64,000 nucleotides of DNA. Source: Candidatus Levyibacteriota bacterium (GTDB lineage: Bacteria; Patescibacteriota; Microgenomatia; Levybacterales; UBA12049). Positions 19,985-30,062 of this stretch are shown here, one piece after another. The notes below the pieces were generated by a model that did not search any database, was not told the DNA's origin, and saw nothing but the letters and a program-made list of their open reading frames with translations. Where the stretch lies: positions 35,752-99,751 of the forward strand of contig DAIDHK010000002.1 in assembly GCA_027459725.1 (NCBI GenBank), written 5' to 3'. Position 1 is the stretch's first letter; every line of letters begins with the position of its first letter. A program made the position numbers and the translations under genes.

Positions 19985-20511
19985 CTATAATTCTTTAATC
20001 ATTTTCATATTAAAATCAGGAATATCATCCGGTTTACGGGATGTTACCATCCCTTCATGAACTACTATTTGTTCATCTATCCACTGTGCACCAGCATTGC
20101 GTAAATCAGTTTGCAACAAAGACCAAGAAGTTAATCTGCTACCACGTAATACATTAGCTTCAGCCAGTAACCAAGCTGCATGATAGATCGCAACTACTGG
20201 CTTACCTTTATCAAAAAACTTCAAAACAAATTCTACCACTTTTGGATTCATGCGCGTTCAAGATTCATTGCACCTGGTAGCATCAATGGATCATAATCTG
20301 AAGCATCTAGGTCATCTATGATCATATCTACGTCAAAATCTTTCCACCACTATTTCATATTTCAGACCTTAATTTTACCATCATGTATAGAGATTAATTC
20401 AGATTTTATTTCGTTTTTATTCAGAGCCATACGAGGCTCTTCCAATGGAGCCTGTTCAACACCATCTGTGGCTAAAATAGCTATACTTTCACTCTTTAAT
20501 CGTTGAATCAT
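19985..20511 (-). pseudogene. PfpI/YhbO (DJ-1 family) deglycase/protease pseudogene
   Basis: IAILATDGVEQ, DYDPLMLPG, KPVVAIYHAAW (catalytic Cys replaced by Tyr), DLRNAGA, TSRKPDD; internal stops and a frameshift. Confidence 0.85.
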
Positions 20512-20642
20512 GGGAAAAATTATAGAAAGAAATAAAAGTTTTGGATAATAGATAACTAAGTTTTTGTAAAAAAGCATTTATACATTTTCTTATATGAATC
20601 CTACTAATTTTTAATAGAATATATACTTAATAGTTTAATAAT

Positions 20643-21236
20643 GTGTCTATTATGACCAAGTTAAATGATTTTAAGAAGATTTACGAGAAAATCAATAGAT
20701 ATATTAACCCACATTATCTGCTCCCACTTCTCTTCATACCATTTATCATGTCAGCAGGTAGTATTTTACTTCCCCAAACTACTAATGCACAAAATACTAA
20801 TTTCCAGGAAATATCTAATTCCATGTTAATTAAACCCTCCCATACACATATAACTTATAATGACAATTTGCCCTCACCCCATAATCCAAATCGAGCAATC
20901 TGGTATCCCGTAACACTAACGAACAGCAACATGAGTTCTTATTATTTTTCTTCCTCGCATAACACTACCTTTTCAGGTACCATAGAAAATTACTCATATA
21001 ATCAACAACATAATGTATTGATTTTGATAAGCATGATTAATAGTAATAATATGACTGTCGCAAAAAAAAGCTGGAAAAATATAAGTCTTGCTCCCTTCCA
21101 AATGTTGAATATCAGACTTACTTCCCCCTTAAATCTAAATAGTGGTAAATATTATGTTAATATAGGAGTTTATACTCCTGAAGGGAGTAAATTACTCGGC
21201 TGGTACCCTCATTATCAAACCTTTATCGTCAGCTAG
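20643..21236 (+). CDS. Secreted/membrane-anchored protein with a C-terminal Ig-like domain
   Basis: N-terminal hydrophobic segment; LAPFQ...GKYYVNIGVY...W beta-sandwich pattern. Confidence 0.65.
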   Translation: MSIMTKLNDFKKIYEKINRYINPHYLLPLLFIPFIMSAGSILLPQTTNAQNTNFQEISNSMLIKPSHTHITYNDNLPSPHNPNRAIWYPVTLTNSNMSSYYFSSSHNTTFSGTIENYSYNQQHNVLILISMINSNNMTVAKKSWKNISLAPFQMLNIRLTSPLNLNSGKYYVNIGVYTPEGSKLLGWYPHYQTFIVS

Positions 21237-21297
21237 TAACTTCATATAACTTAATATATAATTTCTACTTTTTTCTTCTTGCTCAGTTAATTAAACT

Positions 21298-24200
21298 GTG
21301 TACATAATAAATTTAATACTTCAGATTATTATGTGGCATTTAAGATACTTAGTTATAGTTTTCATTTTTAGTCTTTTTTTTCTGTTAAATTCATCTTATG
21401 CATTTGCGACTGATGGATATTTTGTAATTGGAACGGGTGCAGGCGGGGGTGGAGCTGGAGGTTCCACAGGAGCAACCGGAGGTAACGGCGGAAACGCGGA
21501 TGTAACTATAAACCTAGCCACTAGTTCAGCAAATAATGTAATTTTTGGCAACGGAAGTGGCGGTGGGGCAGGTGGCAGATCTATTGGGTTCACCCCGGAT
21601 GTACGTGGGGGACATGGGGGTAGTGGCAATAACACACTTATAGGGGGATCTGGCAATGATATAATTTTCGGCCACGGATTTAATGGCAGAGACACCTCAG
21701 ATGGAGCATATTTTGCTGGCAATGGGGGTCTGGGTGGAGGAGGAGGCGGTGGTGGCGGCGGTGGATTTGGTATTTCTCCAGGTGGTGCAGGAGGTGGTAT
21801 ATGTGGGGGTGGTGGCGGAGCAGGGACTGATAACGGTGGCGGCGGTGGAATTCTAGTTACATGTAATGGAGCTAATATAGGAGGTAATGCCAATTACAGC
21901 TATGGTGGTAATGGAGGAAACTCTGGATATGATTGGCTAAACAGCCAGGGACTGGGTGGTACATATTCTAGCTACAATGGAGGAGGAGGAGGAGGATTTG
22001 GAGGAGCTACAGGAGGAACCGGATCTACCCCAGCAGGTAATGGTGACACCAAACAACACTGGTACTATGATGCGAATGGTTTAATTTATAAATACTTTAC
22101 TTTATCTGTATTACAGAACATTATGACCAACTACCCTAATTATGGTACTGGAAGCGCCACCATTAACGGTAAAGGAGGAAGTAATGAATTATATGGGCTT
22201 GGTACTGACACTACATTTATTATTGATTCAGCTGATAATGCAACTCAGGATAGAATTTGGGATTTTCATGGTAACGATAAACTATTGTTAGAAACAAATG
22301 GTCAAACAGTGGCAACTGTTGACGTAAATCATATAGTTTCAGGTGCTACTACTGGCGATTATGGATCAGGCGTCGCCAACAATGATACTCAATTTACTTT
22401 TGGAAATACCACAGTTGATCTGATAGGAGTAACATATTCTTTAAGCGCTAGTCCTAATGGAACTGTTAATGCAGTTAACCATCCTCCTACTATCTCATTA
22501 AATAGTACACCCTTAGCTTATACTCCTAGTGCAAGTGCAACTCAACTTGACTCTTCCGGATCTGTCAATGATCCAGACGGAGATAGCAACTGGAATGGTG
22601 GAACGCTGGTGGCCCAAATAACATCTAACTCCATTAGCCAAGACACATTATCCCTAAGCGGGACTAATATTTCCATAGATGGGACGATATTGAAATATAA
22701 TGGTAACCCTGTTGGTGCTATCTATCCCAGTGGCGGTTCTGTAACTGGCAATGGAATATTAACCTTAACTTTTGATAGTGGGGCTACTAATGCCATTGTC
22801 CAGGATATGTTGCAAAATATACGATTTTATACAAATACAGCTGGAACTTATAATCGCATTGTGACTGTGACTGCAACCGATTATGCGGGTGCATCTGCAT
22901 CGGCATACCGGGAAGTCGATGTTGCCGGCGCAGGATCTATTACACTTTATACAGTAAACGCAAATGCCGCTGTAGGAGGCTCAATAAGTCCCACTAGCTG
23001 GAATGTTGTTAGCGGCAGTACTTATCAGTTCAGTATCACACCATCCACTGGATATAGTATCGGCTCTGTGACAGGCTGTAGCGGCTCAATCAGTGGTAAT
23101 ACATATACCACAGGAAATATAGGCTCAGCCTGTGACATTTCAGCCAGCTTTACCCCCAATACTTACACTATGGATTTCAACAGCCAAGGAGGCAATTCTG
23201 TGAGCTCTATCTCTCAAGGTTACAATTCATCATTGACATTGCCAAGCGCTACAAAAGGGGGTTACACATTGTCTAGCTGGAATACAGCCCCAGACGGTAG
23301 TTTAACTTCGTACTCTCCTGGATCAAGCATCAATATGCCCTATAATGGAATTACTCTTTACGCACAATGGGTCATCGAAAATACATCTTCCAACAGCAGC
23401 TCATCAAGTAATAATTCAAATTCCATTAATAGTACTAATCCACCTGCATGTTCTGAAGCCATTCCTACCGGCACTCCTAATATTTATGAATTGAATCCCA
23501 CCACTAATTCAGTAATACTGTATTTTACTCCTGTTTCGAATGCTAATAGTTATTATATTCGCTATGGGACTGATTCCAGCGAGAATCAATTTGCTACTTC
23601 ATTTTCTGATTCAGATCATAGTGGTGCGGTGAGTTTTACCATAAACGATTTGCTACCTGGTTTAACATATTATTTTTCTGTCAGAGGTGGAAATGGCTGC
23701 GCACCAGGAGATTGGTCAACTACATCTTCAGTACGAACAACTTCTATTCAAAGTCTTTCTACCGGGCTATCGGCTAGTCCATCAAATGTCATTCCCACTC
23801 CCGATCAAAACAAAAAAATCAATATTGTTTCTGAAAAGCTGACGACTCAACCCTCAAGTGTTTGTTCATATACTGTACAGTCCGGAGATAGCTTGTGGGA
23901 AATTGCTCAAAATAAACTCAACAATGGTACTCAATACCAAATCTTGGAAAAATTAAATAATTTAACTTCACCTTTAATCTCTTCCGGGCAAGTTTTAAAA
24001 TTACCATGTAATAATCAGCCACAAACATTAGTCCAGGCACAAAATGAAATAAAGCAAACAGGTATAGATTTAAATGTTCAGGTTTTGAGTATGGCTGGTA
24101 CTCCAATGTCAGGTGTCTGGGTAACTCTTCATTCCAAGGTACAGAAAGCCTTAACTGATAAAAACGGAGTTGCACACTTTATAAATATAGATACTGGTCA

Positions 24201-24426
24201 CCATCAGGTAATATTGGCTTACAATGGATTTAACGGTGAACAAAATATTTCTATTACCGGTAAACAAAAACAACAGACTTTAACATTAAGAGTACAGCTA
24301 AATAATACAACACTAACACCTTATGTATGGGGTTTGATAGGCGCTCTAATATCTATAATAATTGTTTTAGTATTAATAATATTCTTACTTTTTAAGAAAA
24401 AACACAAAACTAAAAAGATTGAGTAA
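21298..24426 (+). CDS. Large modular surface protein: signal peptide, Gly-rich/RTX-like region, Ig/InlB-B-like repeats, FN3, LysM, carboxypeptidase-regulatory-like domain, C-terminal TM anchor
   Basis: GGSGNDIIFG and poly-G tracts; FNSQGG..KGGYTLSSWNT..TLYAQW; YYIRYGT..LLPGLTYYFSVRGGNGCAPG; YTVQSGDSLWEIA; TDKNGVAHF; TM followed by KKK. True start is probably ATG at 21331. Confidence 0.85.
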   Translation: MYIINLILQIIMWHLRYLVIVFIFSLFFLLNSSYAFATDGYFVIGTGAGGGGAGGSTGATGGNGGNADVTINLATSSANNVIFGNGSGGGAGGRSIGFTPDVRGGHGGSGNNTLIGGSGNDIIFGHGFNGRDTSDGAYFAGNGGLGGGGGGGGGGGFGISPGGAGGGICGGGGGAGTDNGGGGGILVTCNGANIGGNANYSYGGNGGNSGYDWLNSQGLGGTYSSYNGGGGGGFGGATGGTGSTPAGNGDTKQHWYYDANGLIYKYFTLSVLQNIMTNYPNYGTGSATINGKGGSNELYGLGTDTTFIIDSADNATQDRIWDFHGNDKLLLETNGQTVATVDVNHIVSGATTGDYGSGVANNDTQFTFGNTTVDLIGVTYSLSASPNGTVNAVNHPPTISLNSTPLAYTPSASATQLDSSGSVNDPDGDSNWNGGTLVAQITSNSISQDTLSLSGTNISIDGTILKYNGNPVGAIYPSGGSVTGNGILTLTFDSGATNAIVQDMLQNIRFYTNTAGTYNRIVTVTATDYAGASASAYREVDVAGAGSITLYTVNANAAVGGSISPTSWNVVSGSTYQFSITPSTGYSIGSVTGCSGSISGNTYTTGNIGSACDISASFTPNTYTMDFNSQGGNSVSSISQGYNSSLTLPSATKGGYTLSSWNTAPDGSLTSYSPGSSINMPYNGITLYAQWVIENTSSNSSSSSNNSNSINSTNPPACSEAIPTGTPNIYELNPTTNSVILYFTPVSNANSYYIRYGTDSSENQFATSFSDSDHSGAVSFTINDLLPGLTYYFSVRGGNGCAPGDWSTTSSVRTTSIQSLSTGLSASPSNVIPTPDQNKKINIVSEKLTTQPSSVCSYTVQSGDSLWEIAQNKLNNGTQYQILEKLNNLTSPLISSGQVLKLPCNNQPQTLVQAQNEIKQTGIDLNVQVLSMAGTPMSGVWVTLHSKVQKALTDKNGVAHFINIDTGHHQVILAYNGFNGEQNISITGKQKQQTLTLRVQLNNTTLTPYVWGLIGALISIIIVLVLIIFLLFKKKHKTKKIE

Positions 24427-24497
24427 ACTTGGTGATGAAACTTTGTTGTACTTTGACAGAAAAATCTCCTTATATTCTGTTAAACTATACATTCGTA

Positions 24498-25037
24498 ATG
24501 AAAAAAATCTTAGCACACTACTGGCGTTATTTGAGGCTTCCCAAACATATTCAATTCTTTATTATGCGTTTTTTAAATGATGAGTTTTTAGTAGGAGTAA
24601 TAGCCGTCATTTTTAATAATAAAAATCAAATTTTGCTACTAGAACATACATATAGACAAACTCCTTGGAGCCTGCCTGGAGGATATCTAAAAGCAGGTGA
24701 ACATCCTAAAGAAGGTGCTGAACGTGAGATTCGGGAAGAAACAAGTATGAAAGTAAAAGTGGATAAGTTACTGGAGACTTCTACGGACCCGCAGACTGCA
24801 CGATTAGAAATAAGTTGTTATGGTAAATTTATTTCAGGTAAATTCAAACCATCAGATGAGGTAATAAATTTTGGCTTTTTTGATTACGATAGTCTGCCCA
24901 TGATTGGCAAAAGACAAAAAAAGTTAATTGAAAAAGCTATGCGATATAGTAACAGATCAGTACGTTTAAGCAAAAAACAACAACTCAAGAAGATATTACT
25001 AAACAGTTTTTATAAGGTATTCTCCAATATCCACTAA
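24498..25037 (+). CDS. NUDIX hydrolase
   Basis: WSLPGGYLKAGEHPKEGAEREIREETSM. Confidence 0.9.
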   Translation: MKKILAHYWRYLRLPKHIQFFIMRFLNDEFLVGVIAVIFNNKNQILLLEHTYRQTPWSLPGGYLKAGEHPKEGAEREIREETSMKVKVDKLLETSTDPQTARLEISCYGKFISGKFKPSDEVINFGFFDYDSLPMIGKRQKKLIEKAMRYSNRSVRLSKKQQLKKILLNSFYKVFSNIH

Positions 25038-25041
25038 TGAA

Positions 25042-26466
25042 TTATTTAAAACTAGATAACTCTCCCCAACGCTTACCGGTCTTAACTTCAACAACTAATG
25101 GAACAGCCAAAGGATAAACACAACAAAGAACATCTTTTATTTCATTAATTACTTTCTTCATTCTGTGATTATCCTTCTCAGGGATTTCAAATACCAAATC
25201 GTCATGAATCTGAAGTAGCAAAAAAACATCTGGATATATATCTAGAATCTTTTCTTGGACATCCACCATAGCTTTTTTCATGAGATCAGCTGCAGATCCT
25301 TGTACCGGGTAATTCATTAATACACGTCTCATATTGTTACTGATAAATTTCTGACCAGGAAATTCGAAGACATAGCGTCGACGGCCAAGCAATGTTTCGA
25401 CTACTCCATTGAGTTTCGCATTTTTTAAGTACTCATCATAGTATGTCTTGATACTGGGATAAGAGATATAAAAATTTTTAATAAACTGTGCCGCATCAGC
25501 TTCGGAAATATGTAATCCTGTACTCATCCCGTAGCTACTCATACCATAAATGATGCCAAAATTAATTGTTTTACCAACTGCTCTTTGTTGCTTGGAGACC
25601 TGTTCGTAAGAAATATTAAATAATTTGCTGGCTGTCAGTGTATGTACGTCTTGGTTATTTTTAAATGCTTTAATTAATTCTTTTTCATCTGCTAAATGCG
25701 CCAGAACTCTTAACTCCTGCTGTGAATAATCAAAAGAGACTAAATTCATTCCCTCGGAAGCAACAAAACATGATTTTATTTCCAGTCCAATCGGAGAAGA
25801 TACAGGAATATTTTGCAGATTCGGATTAGATGAAGCTAAACGGCCAGTGTTTACATAAACCTGGTTATATGTAGTATGCACACGATCATTTTGATCTGTT
25901 TTTGTTATTAAACTTTCTACGTAAGTCGATCTTAGCTTAGTTAATTCTCGATAACTCAGTATATGTGAGATTATAGCAAACTGATCATTATATAATGATA
26001 ATTCTGATTCATTGGTTGCATATTTGCCCGTTTTAGTCTTACCTAATGGCACTCCGACTTTTTCAACCAAAAAATGTCCCAACTGAATAGGTGAATTAAT
26101 ATTTAATCCCCCACCTGTTTGCTTATTAATCTCTTCTTCTAAGTCTAAGATCATTCCCTCAATCTCTTTTCCAACTTGCTTTAATTGTTTGGTATTAAGT
26201 AGTATTCCTCGTTGCTCCATCTTAAATAGAACTTTAGCTAGAGGCATTTCAATCTTATTAAATAATTTTTTAAGTTGAGAATTTTTGTCAAGTAGTTGTT
26301 CTTGAACACGAGCCAATTCCAATAAGTTATCAACTTTGTATTTTTTAAAGGTTTCTTCTTGAGTACCAATAGAATGACCATCACTAAGCAAAGCCTCGGC
26401 AATATAGCAATCAAAGTTTGCCGAAAAATCTTTGGAAGTTTTGCTATCCCAGATTGGTTTAAGCAT
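25042..26466 (-). CDS. polA: DNA polymerase I, polymerase domain only (no 5'-3' exonuclease domain)
   Basis: TGRLASSNPNLQNIP, DYSQQELRVLAH, KTINFGIIYG, QGSAAD, QIHDDL; 474 aa. Confidence 0.92.
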   Translation of the reverse strand: MLKPIWDSKTSKDFSANFDCYIAEALLSDGHSIGTQEETFKKYKVDNLLELARVQEQLLDKNSQLKKLFNKIEMPLAKVLFKMEQRGILLNTKQLKQVGKEIEGMILDLEEEINKQTGGGLNINSPIQLGHFLVEKVGVPLGKTKTGKYATNESELSLYNDQFAIISHILSYRELTKLRSTYVESLITKTDQNDRVHTTYNQVYVNTGRLASSNPNLQNIPVSSPIGLEIKSCFVASEGMNLVSFDYSQQELRVLAHLADEKELIKAFKNNQDVHTLTASKLFNISYEQVSKQQRAVGKTINFGIIYGMSSYGMSTGLHISEADAAQFIKNFYISYPSIKTYYDEYLKNAKLNGVVETLLGRRRYVFEFPGQKFISNNMRRVLMNYPVQGSAADLMKKAMVDVQEKILDIYPDVFLLLQIHDDLVFEIPEKDNHRMKKVINEIKDVLCCVYPLAVPLVVEVKTGKRWGELSSFK

Positions 26467-26504
26467 CTTGCCGTTAGTATAGCGAAATCAAATGGGTTTG
26501 CCAA

Positions 26505-27085
26505 TTATCTTCTGCTTTGTAATTGAGCCAAGCGCTGTGAAGCTCTTGTTACTGCCCGATCTGAGGTATAATATCCTAAAGTTTTTAGGATATTCTCTTC
26601 TAGAGTTTTACGTGGTTTAACGGTTAATTCTTTTACCACCTTATTACCAGGATTTATTTCCTCATTTTCCTGCAATTGAACCTGTTACAACTAATTTACT
26701 TATTCCCTCCTCACCCGCAGTACGCAATAAATTTAAAATTACTTCCACATTTATTCTGCAAGCAGCATCTCTATCTATAAGATTTAAACGGCAACTGGAT
26801 TGATTATTACTCCATCTTTACCCACCTCGTGGGCAAATCTATTCAAACTTTCACTATCACTTAAGTCTCCCTGAACAAAACGAATATAGGGATATTAGCT
26901 GGATGGAAACAATTTCATTGTTTCAGTAGGATCACGCACAAGAGCTACAATTTCAGTTTGGGGAGTGTAGTCTGCATATCATGTAATCTCTGCTCCAATT
27001 CCGCCTGTTACTCAAGTAAGTCCCAATCTGACTGGCAAATAAAAACCTGTCTATAAATATGACGATTTTGGAAAAATCTGAGCAT
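26505..27085 (-). pseudogene. NAD-dependent epimerase/dehydratase pseudogene with stops and an internal deletion
   Basis: Manual translation: RLGLT*VTGGIG...IVALVRD...FVQGDLSD...INVEVILNLL...KLVVTGS, then a C-terminal KPRKTLEENILKTLGYY; ends approximate. Confidence 0.7.
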
Positions 27086-27158
27086 ATTAATTCATCGTTA
27101 CTTAAATTTCGTATAGAATACTGCCCTTCATTAACTTAATTTCTATGTTTACTGATTT

Positions 27159-28688
27159 TTATTGAGCTATGCCTGATATGATATAAAGTGTAATGGCACG
27201 TAAAGATGTACCGTAGTAACCAGTCGGAGAGTTATTGATTAAATTAGTCAAACTTTGTTGTGCGTATGTTGAGCTCGGATTTACTTGACCGGCAGCCGCA
27301 TATGCTGCTATAAAAGTTGTATCTAAATAGGAAGTTAAAGGTTGCCCTGAAAGTGTATACCCACTCTTAAGATTGGACATTCCGACCTTACTGAAAAAAT
27401 TTGCTTGTTTCTGTAAGACATTTTCAGCATTTGGGTCGCCGTTTGATTTGTAATCCAATAATAAACGAATTGGTGTCCTTACAGCATCGTAATAAAAGTC
27501 ATTAGTATATTGATCAAAAGAAATATTGGCATTGGAAAAATTGCTATTTAACCAATCTGGTAACAATCCAGTGGAGCTATTGGCAGCTTGATTTAGCCAG
27601 GAACTGGTGGCATTTGCAATGGAATTCCACTGGCTATCACCACTGATCTGTGCAAAAGCACGATAATATGATGGTTCTAAATAAGAAGGATTTATTACGT
27701 CCGTTTGACCCCAGTTGTCACCAGGATTTAGATAGTTACCATTGATCAATTCAGTCGATTTCATATGTGTGATGAGATTACGTGCGGCGTTGTCATAACC
27801 ATTGCCCGGCCATTTAGAGTTCGCTTTAATCAAAGCATAAGTCATATCCTCATCTGCATCAGTTGCAGATCCCTGTCCTATGACATTACCATTTTGATCA
27901 ATATCCCAATTCATCAGACCTTTACCATCCATATATTTTTGTCCATACGCCCAAAGTCCATCAAATGTTGATTTATCCCCTGCAAACGCACTTAGCAACA
28001 TACCATAGCCTATCCCCTCACTCACTGTATCGTTGTTATTTTCAGGTCTAACCACTCGGAACATCCCAGAACTTACTGGTCTAACATATATTGATTTCCA
28101 TTGACTGTATGCACTTTGGGCAGCATTGTAAGCAGACAAATTAATATTTACCGCTTGTGGTGAAGAAGTAGGTGTAGAAGCAACTATTGTAGGCATAACT
28201 GCAGGATTACTAGCTACAGGAGTAGGGGTTAAATTAGATGGAGATGCGCTTGTTGTTAAACTCGTGGAAGGCTGCGTAACTACAGGACCGCATGCAGAAA
28301 AAATGGTAACAGTGGAAAGATTGGAAAACCAAGCGTAATTGCTTGACCAATTAGAGTTGAATAAACCAGCTTCAATAGTATATGTACCAGCTGGCAAAAC
28401 AGTAGTAGTTACCGAGTATGTGGTTCCTCCTGCTATACTAAATGCTTGAAATGATTTCTGGTGAGAAGAATTGTATAGTTCAATATCAATAATATTACCT
28501 TGAGGAACAGATTGTGAAAAAGTTAATGTTATATCAAGAGTGTTAGAAGTCGGAGCGGTTGTAGAGATCTGTGGAGGAGTCGTCGAAGCAGCAGAAGATA
28601 TAGGAATACGAATTAAAACGCCCGCGGATAAAATAAATAAACTTAAAAGGCCAGACAGAATAAATTTTCTCGGTCTTACTGTTTTCAT
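27159..28688 (-). CDS. Secreted glycoside hydrolase family 8 (endoglucanase/chitosanase-like) with an N-terminal Ig-like domain and a Pro/Ser/Thr linker
   Basis: TVSEGIGYGML, FDGLW, GLMNW, SATDADED, NPSY, TGLLPDW, YYDAVRTP. Confidence 0.9.
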   Translation of the reverse strand: MKTVRPRKFILSGLLSLFILSAGVLIRIPISSAASTTPPQISTTAPTSNTLDITLTFSQSVPQGNIIDIELYNSSHQKSFQAFSIAGGTTYSVTTTVLPAGTYTIEAGLFNSNWSSNYAWFSNLSTVTIFSACGPVVTQPSTSLTTSASPSNLTPTPVASNPAVMPTIVASTPTSSPQAVNINLSAYNAAQSAYSQWKSIYVRPVSSGMFRVVRPENNNDTVSEGIGYGMLLSAFAGDKSTFDGLWAYGQKYMDGKGLMNWDIDQNGNVIGQGSATDADEDMTYALIKANSKWPGNGYDNAARNLITHMKSTELINGNYLNPGDNWGQTDVINPSYLEPSYYRAFAQISGDSQWNSIANATSSWLNQAANSSTGLLPDWLNSNFSNANISFDQYTNDFYYDAVRTPIRLLLDYKSNGDPNAENVLQKQANFFSKVGMSNLKSGYTLSGQPLTSYLDTTFIAAYAAAGQVNPSSTYAQQSLTNLINNSPTGYYGTSLRAITLYIISGIAQ

Positions 28689-28781
28689 AGGCAGAGAACA
28701 GAATATACCAGACGAAAAAAACATTGTCAAAGTCAACTGTTAGAATTTAAGTATAATATTGTAATAATAGTGTAAAAACAT

Positions 28782-29648
28782 TTAGTTCTTTGCCGATAAA
28801 ATTCTCCTTTGTAAATTTCTTTCCATGTATAAAACTTCTGGGGGGATCTGATCTTCTCTGATTATTCCTTTGGGATAAAGAATAAAATTACGATCGTGCG
28901 CTGTATGTCTTGTTGTATTAAGCATAACTGGATACATAGTATCAAAATATTGTTCTCTATCTTGATCAAGCAAGACTTGTGCTGAAACAGCAGATGAAGA
29001 TCCTTTTTTTATAGCCAAAATAGTACTTTTTTTTAGTCCTTCATTAATTCCTAAATCATAGCCTAAATTTGACAGACGACACGAAAAAAGGTCATGCGGA
29101 AGATAATTTTTATCTTTAGAATATTCCGTATCGGTTGTCCCTCGAAAAGTAGATTTAAAAATTCCTCCAGATACTAGTTTCCTATCTATCATGTCAATTG
29201 CTCGACTCGGATCAATACTATAAGCAATAGAAAATAGTGCTATTACTCCCCCCACGGAGTCATCAGCAATTCCTTCTAAAAGCTCTACCGATGTCAACTT
29301 CACATTCTCACTTCCCAGACCTTCATCTGAATCAAAAAGTGAGTGATATGCAAGATTAGTTGCTTTAAATTTTAATCCTTGTCCTTCTTTCGATCGAGAT
29401 ATAGCAGCAATTCCACGTGTTACACCAGCACCTATATCTAACACCACGTTACTGAAGGGATTATGTTTGACATAATTCAAAAAAAGACTTAATCCACCTA
29501 AATCTGCAATATAACTTTCTTCGTCTCTTGCTCTATTAAATAAACTTTTTCGCTCTAACGTTCTTACCATGCTCAATTGTTTTGCTAAAACTTTTCTTTC
29601 GTATGAGTATTTTATATGATATGGATCACCACTTAATGATTCTGTCAT
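28782..29648 (-). CDS. Hypothetical protein with a class I SAM-methyltransferase-like motif
   Basis: VVLDIGAG motif I and ...RKLVSGG; start uncertain. Confidence 0.55.
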   Translation of the reverse strand: MTESLSGDPYHIKYSYERKVLAKQLSMVRTLERKSLFNRARDEESYIADLGGLSLFLNYVKHNPFSNVVLDIGAGVTRGIAAISRSKEGQGLKFKATNLAYHSLFDSDEGLGSENVKLTSVELLEGIADDSVGGVIALFSIAYSIDPSRAIDMIDRKLVSGGIFKSTFRGTTDTEYSKDKNYLPHDLFSCRLSNLGYDLGINEGLKKSTILAIKKGSSSAVSAQVLLDQDREQYFDTMYPVMLNTTRHTAHDRNFILYPKGIIREDQIPPEVLYMERNLQRRILSAKN

Positions 29649-29679
29649 TATTTTGTTTTGTTCTATATCTAGACTATGA

Positions 29680-29715
29680 CAAATAAAGATTAATCTTAAC
29701 AAATAAAGATTAATT
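29680..29715. repeat. Tandem 15-bp direct repeat containing a 12-bp palindrome
   Basis: CAAATAAAGATTAAT at 29680 and 29700; AAGATTAATCTT palindrome at 29686-29697. Confidence 0.6.
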
Positions 29716-30062
29716 TGTATATATTCTTACTTTTGAAAATATATTATAAGTTCTATTTAAATTATGGGAATATATAAAAATACAAAAAATATTTTCAATA
29801 TATTAAACTACTCATAGATACGATACCACTGATAATAATCTACTAAACTAAACAATAATTTAAATGAAAGTTATATCGATAATGTATTAACTTGAGAGAA
29901 GTAAATTTTAAATAGCAAATAGTTTTTTTGTCTTAAGAATGCGGGGATTTCTAAGACATACGCTGTTTTTAGCTTCAATATCTACTATAAACACCTAATG
30001 ATAGGATATGCTTTTTCACAAATTATGTCAACTAGAGTATAATTATAATAAAGATTAATTAT

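Noticed and set aside
21396-21893. 165-aa proline-rich ORF on the minus strand
   Set aside because: It is the antisense shadow of GGN glycine codons in the surface protein gene
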